This document shows, piece by piece, positions 10,785 through 21,393 of a DNA stretch of 64,000 nucleotides (its first letter is position 1; each line of letters begins with the position of its first letter). This DNA is from an uncultured Verrucomicrobiae bacterium (lineage in GTDB: Bacteria > Verrucomicrobiota > Verrucomicrobiia > Chthoniobacterales > UBA10450), in the NCBI GenBank assembly GCA_963850015.1, contig CAWKJF010000001.1:456391-520390 (forward strand), in the 5' to 3' direction. Position numbers and translations under genes: made by a program. A model generated the notes under the pieces. It was not told the origin of the DNA and did not search any database. It worked only from the letters and a program-made list of their open reading frames with translations.

Positions 10785-11673
10785 TCAACGGAGCGGACGC
10801 GCGACCAGGATTCCGGAATGCGAGCCGTATCGATTTAGATAACCCGAGAGAGTCGAGTCGATCACCACGCGTCCATAGTTACGCGGGCGACGAGGCATGC
10901 ATGAAACGCAGCGAGCCATCCGCATGGCGAAGCGCCAGACCCACATGGGAAGTGGAAAATTGGCGCGGACCGTCCCGCGAAACAATGCCAATGATATCGC
11001 CGCTGCGCAGTTTCCCTTCGATGGACGCGACGCGACTTTTTGGGACTTGGTAGAGCGGGCGGCTCGAAACGCGGGCCTCCATTTGCCGCAATGGCCCAAG
11101 CAGGGCGCGATTCGCGGCCAGGTACCGGTAATGCCGCCAGCCGACGGTCATCTCGCGCGCCGTATGCGGCACGCTCACGCCTCCAAGACTGCGCGTTAGA
11201 TCCTGGACGAGGCCGCGTCGGTCATTGTCCGCGAGCCAATCTTCCAGATAATGGAGCCGGGAAAGATATTCGCCCGTGCATTGACCGCCGCGATAACGAT
11301 CCAGCTCGATGTAATGGAGCATCTGTTCGGGCGTCCAGTTCTCCGCGGGTTCATCGAGCATCCGGGCGAAAGCGAGCGAGATCTCGAAAAACGTCCAGCA
11401 ATCCAGGGCATTGAAATTAACCGACGGCGCTTCGATGCGGTTATCGATCTCGAGCGTGTAATTCCGGTAGCGGATACCCACGAGCGAACGCCCCACGGTG
11501 GCCGTTCGTTCGCCGATCGGAAGCGATTTCCAATTTCCTTCCCGGGCGCCGGCGACGAGACGATCGAATTGATCGCGCCCCTTGAAAACCGTGCCGAACG
11601 GAAGCCGCGATTCTGCCCTGGCCGGGTCGAATGAAAGAAAAAGGAGGAGGATAACGGAAAGAGCTTTGCGCAT
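10785..11673 (-). pseudogene. DUF1460-family protein (N-acetylmuramoyl-L-alanine amidase-like), one frame break near the 3' end
   Basis: A signal peptide is followed by GERTATVGRSLVGIRYRNYTLE...VNFNALDCWTFFEISLAFARML...HVGLALRHADGSLRFMHASSP, typical of DUF1460. The tail RNYGRVVIDSTLSGYLNRYGSHSGILVARPLR continues in ORF 10785..11099. The break is near 10885. Confidence 0.65.
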
Positions 11674-11735
11674 GCGCGCGAATATAATGTGCAGTCCGTT
11701 TTGCGCTCCGTATTTTTTGCCGGTGCAGGATTTGT

Positions 11736-12956
11736 TTGAAAGCGACGAGAAAAAGGTGGAGGCAGTCGCTCGCCACCGCGCCGCTCGCTGCCCGCATGCG
11801 GCCGCGCACTCTCGAGGAATTTGTCGGACAGAAACACATCCTGGCGCCCGGGAAACTCCTGCGGCGCGCGATTGAGGCGGACCGCCTTCCGTCCGTCATC
11901 TTGTCCGGGCCACCCGGGACCGGCAAAACCACCCTTGCCCATGTTATCGCCGATATGACCCGGGCGAAATTCGAGCGCCTCAGTGGAGTGGAGAGCAACG
12001 TCGCGGAGATGCGGCGGGTCGTCGCGGGCGCGGCGAATCGGCTGCGAACTTCCGGTCAGAAAACTATCTTGTTCGTCGACGAAATTCATCACTTCAACAA
12101 GGCGCAGCAGGACATTCTGCTGCCCGACGTCGAGAGCGGAAATCTCCGCCTGATCGGGGCGACAACTTACAATCCATTTTTCTATGTGAACAGCGCCCTG
12201 GTTTCGCGTTCGCAGGTTTTTCAACTCGAGCCGCTTCGGGTTGAGGATCTGGAGGAACTGATCGACCGCGCGCTAACTGATTCCGAACGCGGCCTCGGTC
12301 GGTATCGGGTCGAGATGGAGGCCGATGCGCGGCGGCATTTGGCCAAGGTGAGCGATGGCGATGCCCGGAAATGCCTGAACGCGCTCGAAATCGGCGTGCT
12401 CACTACGCCTCCAACTGGAGCTGGGGGCGTCGACTCCGGCCTGCCTTCGTCAACCACCGCGGTCAGCGACCGCGGCTACAAGGATGGCACGATTCATTTC
12501 ACGGTCGCGGTCGCCGAACAAAGCATCCAGCAAAAGGCGGTCGTCTACGACCGCGCGGGCGACGCCCATTACGACACCATCAGCGCTTTTATCAAGAGCA
12601 TGCGCGCCTCTGACGAAAAAGGCGCGATCTACTGGCTCGCGAAAATGCTGCACGCGGGCGAAGATTTTCGCTTCATCGCGCGCCGAATCGTGATTTTCGC
12701 GAGCGAGGATGTCGGGTTGGCCGACGCGCAGGCGTTACCGCTGGCCATCGCCACCCAACAAGCGGTCGAGTTCGTCGGGATGCCGGAAGCACGCATTCCC
12801 CTCGCCCACGCGACGGCCTACATGTGCCGCGCGGCAAAAAATCGGGAAGCCTACGAAGCTCTGGGTGCGGCGGCAGACGAAATCGAATCAGAACGGACCG
12901 AGCGCGTGCCCGAAAATCTCAAGAACAAACACTTCCCGGTAAATCCGAGCCGGTAG
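11736..12956 (+). CDS. rarA: Replication-associated recombination protein A (RarA/MgsA AAA+ ATPase)
   Basis: PLAARMRPRTLEEFVGQKHIL, Walker A (GPPGTGKTTLAHVIA), Walker B (LFVDEIHHFNKAQQD), ATTYNPFF and the C-terminal MgsA domain (AHYDTISAFIKSMRASDEKGAIYWLAKML) are all present. The called start is a TTG. An out-of-frame upstream VQDLFESDEKK suggests the true N-terminus may be slightly longer. Confidence 0.9.
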   Translation: MKATRKRWRQSLATAPLAARMRPRTLEEFVGQKHILAPGKLLRRAIEADRLPSVILSGPPGTGKTTLAHVIADMTRAKFERLSGVESNVAEMRRVVAGAANRLRTSGQKTILFVDEIHHFNKAQQDILLPDVESGNLRLIGATTYNPFFYVNSALVSRSQVFQLEPLRVEDLEELIDRALTDSERGLGRYRVEMEADARRHLAKVSDGDARKCLNALEIGVLTTPPTGAGGVDSGLPSSTTAVSDRGYKDGTIHFTVAVAEQSIQQKAVVYDRAGDAHYDTISAFIKSMRASDEKGAIYWLAKMLHAGEDFRFIARRIVIFASEDVGLADAQALPLAIATQQAVEFVGMPEARIPLAHATAYMCRAAKNREAYEALGAAADEIESERTERVPENLKNKHFPVNPSR

Positions 12957-12981
12957 CTGGCGGGGCCAAGGCTTTCGCGGC

Positions 12982-13407
12982 CTAGTCGAGCGTCTTGACG
13001 TTAATTCCGGCGAGCTTCCAGTCGCCCTTTTCCTCGAGGTACTTCAACTCGAACACGACTCTCTTGGGCGTCGTCGGATAATAACCGGCGATCACCAGCA
13101 TACCGTCGGAGTTGACCTTGGCGTCCTTGTTGAACACCGGCTGCAATTTCTTAATCGGCGCGATGTCGATTTCCTTCTCGATGAAGTCGCTGAATAATTC
13201 CTTCAACTTGGCCGGCGTCGTTTGCTCCTTCCAGAGAGCGGAGAGCTCTTTGTAAAAATCCGAAAAATCCTTGTCCTGGACGCCGTCGTTAAACGACAGA
13301 AGCGAATCGAGCGTCATCGATTTTAGTTCCGATTCGGGTGGCACTTCCGCAGCGAAGGCTCCGAAACTCAGGCAGAGGGAGAAAAGGACAATGGATGCAA
13401 TCTTCAT
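12982..13407 (-). CDS. Secreted hypothetical protein
   Basis: The ORF is intact, with a signal peptide (MKIASIVLFSLCLSFGAFAAE) and normal codon bias. I do not recognise a family. Confidence 0.6.
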   Translation of the reverse strand: MKIASIVLFSLCLSFGAFAAEVPPESELKSMTLDSLLSFNDGVQDKDFSDFYKELSALWKEQTTPAKLKELFSDFIEKEIDIAPIKKLQPVFNKDAKVNSDGMLVIAGYYPTTPKRVVFELKYLEEKGDWKLAGINVKTLD

Positions 13408-13529
13408 AGGATGCCCCGAGCGTCTGGAGAAACGCGATTACTGTCAAATCGAAATAGCCGCTCATGCGCTACGGCGGAAAGAAGAGCGACGAGACATGAC
13501 GAACGGGCCGGGTTCCAGCACATTGTCGA

Positions 13530-16119
13530 GTGAAACGGCAGATTTCCGCTCGACCCGCAAAGCTTTCGCAGCGCTTGCATCCGCGGCTGGCGAAGTGGTT
13601 TCACGGAGCTTTTGGGGACTTCACCCAGGCGCAGTTGCTCTGCGTGCCCGCCATTCTTGATCGGCAATCGATTCTGCTCACATCTCCCACGGGCAGCGGC
13701 AAGACCCTGGCGGGATTTCTCGGCGTCTTCGATTTTCTCCTGCGAAAGCTCGATGACCGGACGCTGTCTTCGTCCGTGCAGTGCATCTACGTGTCGCCGC
13801 TCCGCGCGCTGGCTTACGACATCGGGAAAAATCTGCGCGCGCCCATTGTTGGAATGGGGCTGGAGAAAGAACTGCGTCTCCACCTGCGGACTGGCGATAC
13901 GCCGGCGGCGGAACGCGTCAAGTTCCGGCAGCGCCCGGCGCATTTTCTCGTCACCACTCCGGAAAGTCTCGCGGTGATGCTCGCACAGGAAAGCTATGCC
14001 GCTCATTTGTGCGACTGCCAATTCGTCATCGTGGACGAATTGCATTCTTTTGCCGGGAACAAGCGCGGCGCGGACCTGACTCTTTCGCTCGAACGACTGG
14101 AGCGGTCTGCGGCGCTCGCCAGCGCAGGCGCACGACCCCATTTGCCGCGATCGGGCTTTCCGCGACGGCGGCGCCACTCGATTTGCTCGCGAAGTTTCTG
14201 GTCGGCGAAGGCCGCGAATGCCGGATCGCTGAGGCGCGAGTGGAGAAAAAATCTTTGGTCGAAGTATTTTCTCCCATTCGCCGAAAACCGTATCCGCCTG
14301 CGGGATATACCGGCGTGCGGCTTTATGCGGAACTCGCGGAGCTCATTCGGACGCGCCGCTCGGTCCTCGTCTTTACCAATGTTCGCTCGGCCGCGGAACA
14401 GGTTGGATTGCGGCTGAAGGAATTGCTGCCCGACCTCGCCGCGCAAATTGAAATTCATCACGCCTCGCTCGATCGCAGCGTTCGGCTCGAGGTGGAAGAC
14501 CGGCTAAAAAATGGCGAGCTGCGCGCCGTCGTTTGTTCCACCAGCCTGGAGATGGGGATCGATATTGGCGCGGTCGATCTCGTGGTGATGGTCGCCACGC
14601 CCAAAGGCGTGTCGCGCGCGATCCAGCGCATCGGCCGCTCCGGTCATTCCCTCAATCGCAGCAGCCACGGCATCCTCGTGGCGACGAATATCAACGATCT
14701 GGTCGAGGCGACGGTCACCGCGAAACTCGTGCGCGAACGCGCCCTGGACCCGATTCGGATTCAAGAGAAACCTTATGACGTCGTCGCCCAACACATCGTG
14801 GGACTTGCCGCACTCGCGCCCATCTCAGTCGAGGAGACATTTGCGCTCATTCGCCGCGCTTACCCTTTTCGTGAGCTGAACCGCGAGGAGTTTGACCGCA
14901 TTCTCCAATACCTGGAGGGCGGCGGCGCCTCGCTCGAGAAACAATACGTCGGAGTTTTTGGCAAAATTCGGGTGGAGGACGGCGTCATTTCCCTGGCACA
15001 TCCGAAGATCGCCCGGGAGTTCCTGGTCAACATCGGAACCATTCACTCGGAAGGTTTCATTGACGTGTTGCTGCGCCGCCGCCGGCTCGGTTCGGTGGAG
15101 GAGAATTTCATCAAGCAACTCAAGATCGGCGACTTGTTTGTCCTCGGCGGCCGGATTGTGCGGCTGATCGAGACGGGCGTGCAGGAAGCGTACGTCGAGC
15201 GCGCCGATGGTCAGCTCCCGACGGTTCCGCGCTGGAACGCGGCGAAGATGCCGCTCACGTCCGGGCTGGCGCGCGCGGTTCGGAAGTTGCGGACGGATGT
15301 TGAAAAACGGATGCGCAACGAGCCGGACGATGGCGCGATCGCCGATTGGCTGGTCGAAAATTACCAGATCTCGATCGTAAATGCCCAAGCCATCGTGGAA
15401 CTGTTCCGGGCGCAGCTCACGATCTCCGAAATCCCGGTCGGGCAAAAAATGCTGATCGAGCTCTACCGCGAGGGCGATCGCGCGCATTATTTTTTCCACT
15501 CGCTCATCGGCCGCAGCGCGAATGACGCGTTGTCGCGGATCGTGGCGTTGCGGGTGAAGAACCGAATCGGCGGCAACGCGCTGGCCACGATCGATGACTA
15601 CGGCTTTCTGCTCACGCTCCGCCGGTTTCAGGAAATGCCGCTCGAGGATTTGCGGCGATGTTTCGCCCGCGCGAACGCCGAGGACGATCTGGCCAGCGGC
15701 GCTGCGCGGATCCGAATTGGTGAAGTGGCAGTTTCGCGGCGTGGCGCAGACTGGGCTGATGGTGCCGCGAAATCTCCCGGGCCGTCAGCGAAAGCAGAAG
15801 CAACTGAGCTGGAGCGCGGAGGTCTTGTTTCGTGTTCTCGAACAACACGAGCCAGAGCCACCCGCTCCTGGTCGAAGCCTACCGGCAGGCGACCCACACG
15901 TTCCTCGAGGCGGACGCGGCTTATCAATTCCTGGATGAAGTGCAGACGTTCGACTGGAGCCTGCTGGAATTGCCCGCCGTCTCGCCGTTCTCGTTTGCGA
16001 TCTACGCCAGCGTCATCAAGGAGAACATGATGCTGGAGGACCCGGCGAGCGCGATCGAGCGAATCTACCGTGAAATGTACGCCAAAGTGGAAAGCGTGAC
16101 TTCTCCGATCGCCTCGTAA
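13530..16119 (+). pseudogene. Lhr-like DEAD/DEAH-box ATP-dependent helicase with DEAD/H-associated C-terminal domain, three frame breaks
   Basis: Motif I is LLTSPTGSGKTLAGFL and motif II is VIVDELHSF (ORF 13530..14417). ORF 13781..16030 then supplies GLSATAAP...VLVFTNVRSAAE...HHASLDRSVRLEVEDRLKNGELRAVVCSTSLEMGIDIG...RIGRSGH. The tail runs through frames 15594..15938 and 15832..16119. The breaks are near 14130, 15700 and 15850. Confidence 0.85.
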
Positions 16120-16193
16120 TCGCGCTCGTGCTCTGATCAGGTCTTCGATAGCGCAACGAGCACGAGTACGAGAGGAAAGAGTTTAAAAATAGA

Positions 16194-16223
16194 GAAGGAG
16201 TGGACCTTGCGATCCACTCCTTC
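16194..16223 (-). terminator. Rho-independent-type terminator downstream of the pilC-like gene
   Basis: A perfect 11-bp stem pairs GAAGGAGTGGA (16194-16204) with TCCACTCCTTC (16213-16223) across an 8-nt loop. On the minus strand it is followed by TCTCTATTTTTAAAC. It lies 45 nt past the pilC-like stop, between convergent genes. Confidence 0.6.
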
Positions 16224-16267
16224 TCGTCCGTTGAGCTAGGCTTCTCCTTAGCTTTTGCTCTGCGAAA

Positions 16268-17490
16268 TTATTTACTCTGCGAAACCACTTCGTTCAGCTT
16301 GAAGATCGGCAGGAACATCGCGATCACGATGCCGCCGACGATCACTCCGAGGAACACAATCAAAAGCGGCTCAATCAAGGACGTCAGGGCGTCGAGCATG
16401 GCCTCGATTTCTTCGTCCCAGAAGTCGGCCATCTTTTCGAGCATGGTGTCGATTTTACCAGTCGCTTCGCCCGCCGCGACCATTCGCAGCATCATCGGCG
16501 GGAAGATCGGCTTTTTCGAAAGCGCGACGGAAAGATTGTCGCCCTTCTCCACGTCCTGGCTGACGCCGTTGATGCTCGTTTCCACAACGTGATTCCCGGA
16601 AGCGCCACCGACGATGTCGAGCACTTCGAGGATCGGCACACCGCTGCGGATCAATTGCGCGAAGGTGCGCGAAAAGCGCGACATGCAAATCTTGTGGATG
16701 AGCGGCCCGAAGATCGGGAGCTTCAGCTTCCATTTATCGGCAAATCTGCTTGCCGCGGGTCGAGCGCAGGAAAGCCCGGATGCGCGAAAAATGTTCCGCC
16801 GAAACCGAGGATGAGGAAATACCATTCGCCGCGCATGAACTCACTGACATCGATCAGGAATTGCGTCGGAGCGGGAAGCTTGGCGCCGAAGTCCTTGAAG
16901 ATTTCGCCGAAGATCGGAACGACCTTTACGAGCAGGAAAATGGTGATCGCGAAGGCGATGCAGATGACGATGACCGGGTAGGTCATGGCCGACTTCACCT
17001 TCTTGCGCAGGCGGGCGCTCGCTTCCAGGAAGCCGGCCAGCCGGTCGAGAATTTCCGCGAGCAAACCGCCGTGCTCGCCGGCTTTCACCATGCTCACGAA
17101 GAGCCGATCGAACACGCGCGGATGCTTCGCGATCGATTCGTTGAAAGTTTCGCCGCCCTGGACGCGCGTCGTCACGTCACTGATAATGTGGCGCAAGTTG
17201 CGTTGCCGCTTCGGGTCGCATTGGTCGTAAAGCGCCGTCATGGCCTGGACGAGCGAAATACCGGCTTCGATCATCGTCGAAAGTTGGCGGGTAAAGAGAA
17301 CGAGGTCTGTTTCTTTGACGGTCCAGGTTTTCTTGCGAGAACGGCTGACCGCAGCCTTTTGCTGGAGGGAAAGCACCATGAGCCCGCGGCTCATCAGGCT
17401 GGTTACGGCATTGTCTTCATTGAGGGCGTCTTGGATCCCGGAAACGATCTTTCCGGAGGCGTCACGTGCTTGGTAGGAGAAGGTAGTCAT
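16268..17490 (-). pseudogene. Type II secretion system F family / type IV pilus platform protein (PilC/GspF-like), one frame break
   Basis: Two T2SF repeats are present. ORF 16723..17490 has FTRQLSTMIEAGISLVQAM...VKAGEHGGLLAEIL, and ORF 16268..16825 has FSRTFAQLIRSGVPILEVLD...AAGEATGKIDTMLEKMADFWDEEIE. The break is near 16790. Confidence 0.85.
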
Positions 17491-17600
17491 ATTAGGAGAT
17501 TATATTCTAGTAATTATAATCCGTATAGCATCTATAATGCCACAATCGCCGTCGCCCACCGCGAAAAGCCCGGTCTTGAGGGAGCTTCCCGGGCGGGCCG

Positions 17601-18240
17601 ATGCTAGCCAGTCTAATGCCGCGCGCCCAGGAACTTGACGAGGTCTCACCCGGAATTTTCGTCTGGCAGGCCTACGACAGCAAAGTGAAGGCGGACCTGT
17701 TTTCCACCGCTCTGGAAACCGACTCCGGCGCCTACATCGTGGATCCGATCCCATTGGCACCGGCGGCTCTGCTCGCCCTGCAGGCGCACCATCCCAAGAC
17801 CGTCCGGGATTTTTGTCACGAACGCCAACCACGCGCGAGCGGCCGCGGACTTTTCCAGGACCCTCTCCGCTCCCCTTTACGTTCACGGCGAATTACGCGG
17901 AACCCCTGATTTCTTACAAGGCAACGGGGAGTCCAAGATGGCGAAGTGTTTAGCCCCGGCCTGACTGCCGTGGCGATTGACGGCGGGGCCGCCGGCGAGA
18001 TGGCGCTGCACCACAAGGACAACGGAGGCACGATGGTCGTGGGCGACGCCTTGATTAATTTCGAACCCCACGGGTTTGGATTGCTGCCGGCCAAATATTG
18101 CCTCGACCCAGAACTGATGCGGCAGTCGTTAGGAAAACTTGCTCGACTACGCCTTTGAGCGCATGCTTTTCGCTCACGGGACACCGATTCTCTCCGGCGC
18201 GCGCTCTCGCTTGGAGCACCTTCTCGCCTCGGTCCGCTAG
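17601..18240 (+). pseudogene. MBL-fold hydrolase-like protein, about three frame breaks
   Basis: The pieces join as GIFVWQAYDSKVKADLFSTALETDSGAYIVDPIPL / VRGIFVTNANHARAAADF...LYVHGEL / GLTAVAIDGGAAGEMALHHKDNGGTMVVGDALINFEPHGFGLLPAKY / ERMLFAHGTPIL. The breaks are near 17805 (T5 run), 17945 and 18140. Confidence 0.5.
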
Positions 18241-18242
18241 CC

Positions 18243-19126
18243 TTGGGGAAGCCATGGATGCCGAAGAAAAGAATCTGCCGCGACCGAATGCCATCACGCG
18301 GTTTCTTCGAGCTGATCCGTTTCTCGCACACCATTTTCGCTCTTCCCTTTGCCTTGGGGGCGCTCTTGGTGGCGGCAAATGGCCGCCCAACGCTCGCGGA
18401 CATTACTCCTCGTCCTCGCCTGCATGGTCTTGGCCCGCACCGCCGCCATGCTTTTCAACCGGTTGTGCGACTGGTCTCTGGATCAAAAAAATCCACGGAC
18501 TGCGAATCGCCATCGCCTCCTGGGGCAACCGATCGCCTGGGCGCTTCTGGCGATCAGTGCGGTTGGATTTCTGATCACGAGCGCGGCGATTAACCGCCTG
18601 ACCGGTTTCCTCGCGCCCGGTCGCCCTGGTTATTATTTTCTTCTACTCGCTGACGAAGCGATTCACGAGCGCGACCCACTTTTTCCTCGGCCTCGCCCTC
18701 GCGGTCGCGCCCGCCGGCGCCTGGATCGCACAAACCGGCCGGCTCGATTGGCCGCCCCTGGTGCTGGGAGCCGGAGTAATCTGCTGGGTCGCGGGCTTCG
18801 ATCTGATTTACGCGACGCAGGACGTAGATTTCGATCGCCGGGAAGGGTTGCGCTCGCTGGTCGTCAAACTGGGAGTCGCCCGAAGTTTGCGGCTCGCGCA
18901 GTGGCTCCACGTCGTCATGTTCCTGGCGCTGGTTGCGTTTGGTTTCATGGCGAAACTCGGGGTCGTTTATTACGCGGCGATGCCGCTGGTGGCCGCCGCC
19001 CTTTTCTACGAGCATCGCAGCGCAGCCAAACTGGACCTCGCCGGGATTAACCGCGCCTTCTTTCAGAGCAACGCTTTCGTCGGCGCGATTTTCGTCGCGG
19101 CGGTCGCGCTCGATCGCTGGTGTTAA
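18243..19126 (+). pseudogene. UbiA-family aromatic prenyltransferase (4-hydroxybenzoate polyprenyltransferase-like), two frame breaks
   Basis: The pieces join as FELIRFSHTIFALPFALGALLVAANG / LLLVLACMVLARTAAMLFNRLCDWSLDQKNPRTANR (the NxxxD Asp-rich motif region) / VALVIIFFYSLTKRFTS...GAGVICWVAGFDLIYATQDVDFDRREGLRSL. The breaks are near 18390 and 18615. Confidence 0.8.
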
Positions 19127-19555
19127 CTACGGCTCCAGCTGCGCGATGCGGTTGGCGTGGCGGCCGCCCTCGAAATCCGTCGTCAACCACACCCGCACGA
19201 TAGCGAGGGCGGTCTCTTCCGGGATCACGCGCTGGCCGAGCGAGAGCACGTTCGCGTCATTATGCTGGCGCGAGAGCCGGGCGGTCTCTTCATTCCAGCA
19301 GAGCGCGCAACGAACCCCGCGCACCTTGTTCGCCGCCATCGCTTCCCCGTTTCCGGAGCCGCCGAAGACAATCCCCCGCTCGCATTTCCCGGCCGCCACC
19401 GCTTCTGCGGCGGGCCGAATGAAGAGCGGGTAATCGACCGGTTCCTCGCTCGACGTGCCGAAATCTGTCACCTCGTGACCAAGCTGCCCCAGCAGTTCCT
19501 TCACTTTTTCCTTGTAGCGGAAGCCGGCGTGATCAGTCCCAAGCGAGATTTTCAT
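19127..19555 (-). CDS. rpiB: Ribose-5-phosphate isomerase B
   Basis: The 142-aa ORF is intact: MKISLGTDHAGFRYKEKV...GIVFGGSGNGEAMAANKVRGVRCALC...ARLSRQHNDANVLSLGQRV matches the RpiB/LacAB family end to end. Confidence 0.9.
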   Translation of the reverse strand: MKISLGTDHAGFRYKEKVKELLGQLGHEVTDFGTSSEEPVDYPLFIRPAAEAVAAGKCERGIVFGGSGNGEAMAANKVRGVRCALCWNEETARLSRQHNDANVLSLGQRVIPEETALAIVRVWLTTDFEGGRHANRIAQLEP

Positions 19556-19602
19556 GCAAGGCGTTTCTAATCCCCGGCAACCACGCTGTCGAGCGAAAGC
19601 GC

Positions 19603-20562
19603 CTAGGCGCCGCGAAGTTCAGCCAGTTGCTTCCAGATGTCGCGCTCGCGCTCAGTCAGCTTTTTCGGAATCTGAATCTGGGTCACGACAAACAAATCGC
19701 CGCGCACCCCGGCCGCGGTCGGAAGTCCGTGCCCGCGCAGCCGAAAACGCTGTCCGGCCTGCGTGCCCGCCGGAAGTTTCAAGCGGGCGCTCCCCTCCAG
19801 CGTCGGCACTTGCAGTTCGCCTCCCAGAACAGCCTGCCAGGGCGCGATTTTGACTTCGTGAATCAGGTCGCTTCCTTCGACCGTGAAATCCGGATGCCGC
19901 GCCAATCGCACCCGCAGAAACAGATCGCCGCTCTTGCCGCCGCCCGCTCCGGCTTCGCCCTGACCGGCCAGCCGAATGCGTTGCCCTTCGTGCACGCCTT
20001 TCGGAATTTTTACCTGATAGGTTTCGACCTTGTTCGAATTGCTCCGGCGCAGCGAGACGGTCCGTTTCGATCCGTGCAGCGCTTCCTCGAGCGTGACCAT
20101 GATGTCGGCTTCGACATCGCTTCCTCGTTCCGCCCCCCTTGGCCGCTGTCCAAAACTGCCGCCGCCAAAACCACCCTGGCCGCGTCCGCCGCCGAAAAAC
20201 TGCTCGAAGAAATCGCTGAATCCCGTGCCGCCGAATTCGAATTCCACCCCGCCATCCCCGCCCCCATAACGACGGAATCCGCCGCCCGGCTGCTGCGCGC
20301 CCCATCCCGGTGGCGGCTGAAATCCGCCCGGCTGGTTCCAATTTGCGCCGAGCTCGTCGTACTTCTTCCGTTTCTCCGGATCGCCCAGAACTTCGTAGGC
20401 TTCATTGAGCTGTTTGAATTTCTCCTCCGCCGCCGCCTTGTCCTTGTTGACATCGGGATGGTATTTGCGCGCCAGCTTGCGGAAGGCCTTTTTGATTTCG
20501 TCGTCGGTCGCGGTCTTGGAAACGCCCAGCGTTTCGTAATAATCTCGGAATTGGACAGCCAT
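19603..20562 (-). CDS. cbpA: DnaJ-class co-chaperone without zinc finger (CbpA-like curved-DNA-binding protein)
   Basis: The ORF is intact. It has a J domain ([35 protein letters not shown]), a Gly-rich linker and two DnaJ C-terminal beta domains, with no CxxCxGxG repeats. Confidence 0.75.
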   Translation of the reverse strand: MAVQFRDYYETLGVSKTATDDEIKKAFRKLARKYHPDVNKDKAAAEEKFKQLNEAYEVLGDPEKRKKYDELGANWNQPGGFQPPPGWGAQQPGGGFRRYGGGDGGVEFEFGGTGFSDFFEQFFGGGRGQGGFGGGSFGQRPRGAERGSDVEADIMVTLEEALHGSKRTVSLRRSNSNKVETYQVKIPKGVHEGQRIRLAGQGEAGAGGGKSGDLFLRVRLARHPDFTVEGSDLIHEVKIAPWQAVLGGELQVPTLEGSARLKLPAGTQAGQRFRLRGHGLPTAAGVRGDLFVVTQIQIPKKLTERERDIWKQLAELRGA

Positions 20563-20693
20563 TGGTTCTCGCGAAGTTCTGCGCGGGAGAGCAACTGCGC
20601 AACCGCTTCAAGGAAATGGCAACAAGGTTACCGACACTCGCTCTGGCTAGTGCCTGCGCTATCGTGGGGCATGCGCGAGGAATTGTCGTGGCA

Positions 20694-21322
20694 ATGAGTC
20701 GGCCTTCGCGCAGACAGCAACTGCTCGATCGGCACGTCGCCCGCTTCTCTCAATGCCGCCGCTGTCCCCGGATGCTGCCTCCGCCGGTATCAGGCGGACC
20801 GGTCCTGAGCAAGGTGATGCTTGATCGGTCAGGCGCCCGGGGTGAAAGAACCGGTGCTCGGCAAACCATTCGCCTGGACGGCGGGCCGCACGCTCTTCGG
20901 CTGGTTCCAGCAATTCTGCGGGATGAACGAGGAACAGGTTCGCTCGCAAATTTATTTCGCGGCGGTTTGCCGCTGCTTTCCCGGCAAGACCCCCGCGGGC
21001 GGCGACCGCGTGCCAGCTCCGGACGAGATCCGGAATTGCTCGACCTGGATGAATGACGAAATCGATCTCCTGCGACCGCAGCTCATCATCCCGGTCGGCA
21101 AACTCGCGATCGCGCAGTTTCTTCCATTCGAGAAGCTCGACGAAGTCGTCGGCCGCTCGTTCCAATTGCGCCGCAATCGTCGCGCCTTCGACCTGATCCC
21201 ATTGCCCCATCCCTCTGGCGCCTCGCCCTGGCACCGCATGCCGCCCGGGCATCGGGTTGCTGCGCAAGGCGATGCAGCCGATCGCCCGGCATCCCGCCAT
21301 GCAGGCGCTGGCCGAGCGCTAA
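20694..21322 (+). pseudogene. Uracil-DNA glycosylase superfamily protein (family 4/5-like), two frame breaks
   Basis: The pieces join as FSQCRRCPRM...VMLIGQAPGVKEPVLGKPFAWTAGRTLF...YFAAVCRCFPGK...RPQLIIPVGKLAI...LIPLPHPSGASPW. The breaks are near 20820 and 21250, and the stop is at 21320-21322. Confidence 0.7.
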
Positions 21323-21393
21323 TCTGCCTTAATCGCTGTTGGACAGCTTGCCCGCCGTAGCGAAGCGAAGGAGGGTTTCCCTCGCTCCGCGCA

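Noticed and set aside
20633-20654. CIRCE-like (HrcA operator) inverted repeat upstream of cbpA (GACACTC-N8-TAGTGCC)
   Set aside because: Only the 5-nt cores GCACT/GAGTG match the TTAGCACTC-N9-GAGTGCTAA consensus, the spacing is off by one, and the outer positions are all mismatched. This is too weak to call.
19627-20697. 356-aa plus-strand ORF antisense to cbpA, with similar long antisense or off-frame ORFs at 11196..12224, 22735..23721, 31450..32424, 44225..45115 and 57929..58906
   Set aside because: All lie opposite to, or out of frame with, genes that have unambiguous family signatures. Their composition is low-complexity Arg/Pro/Ala-rich, and none has a recognisable motif.
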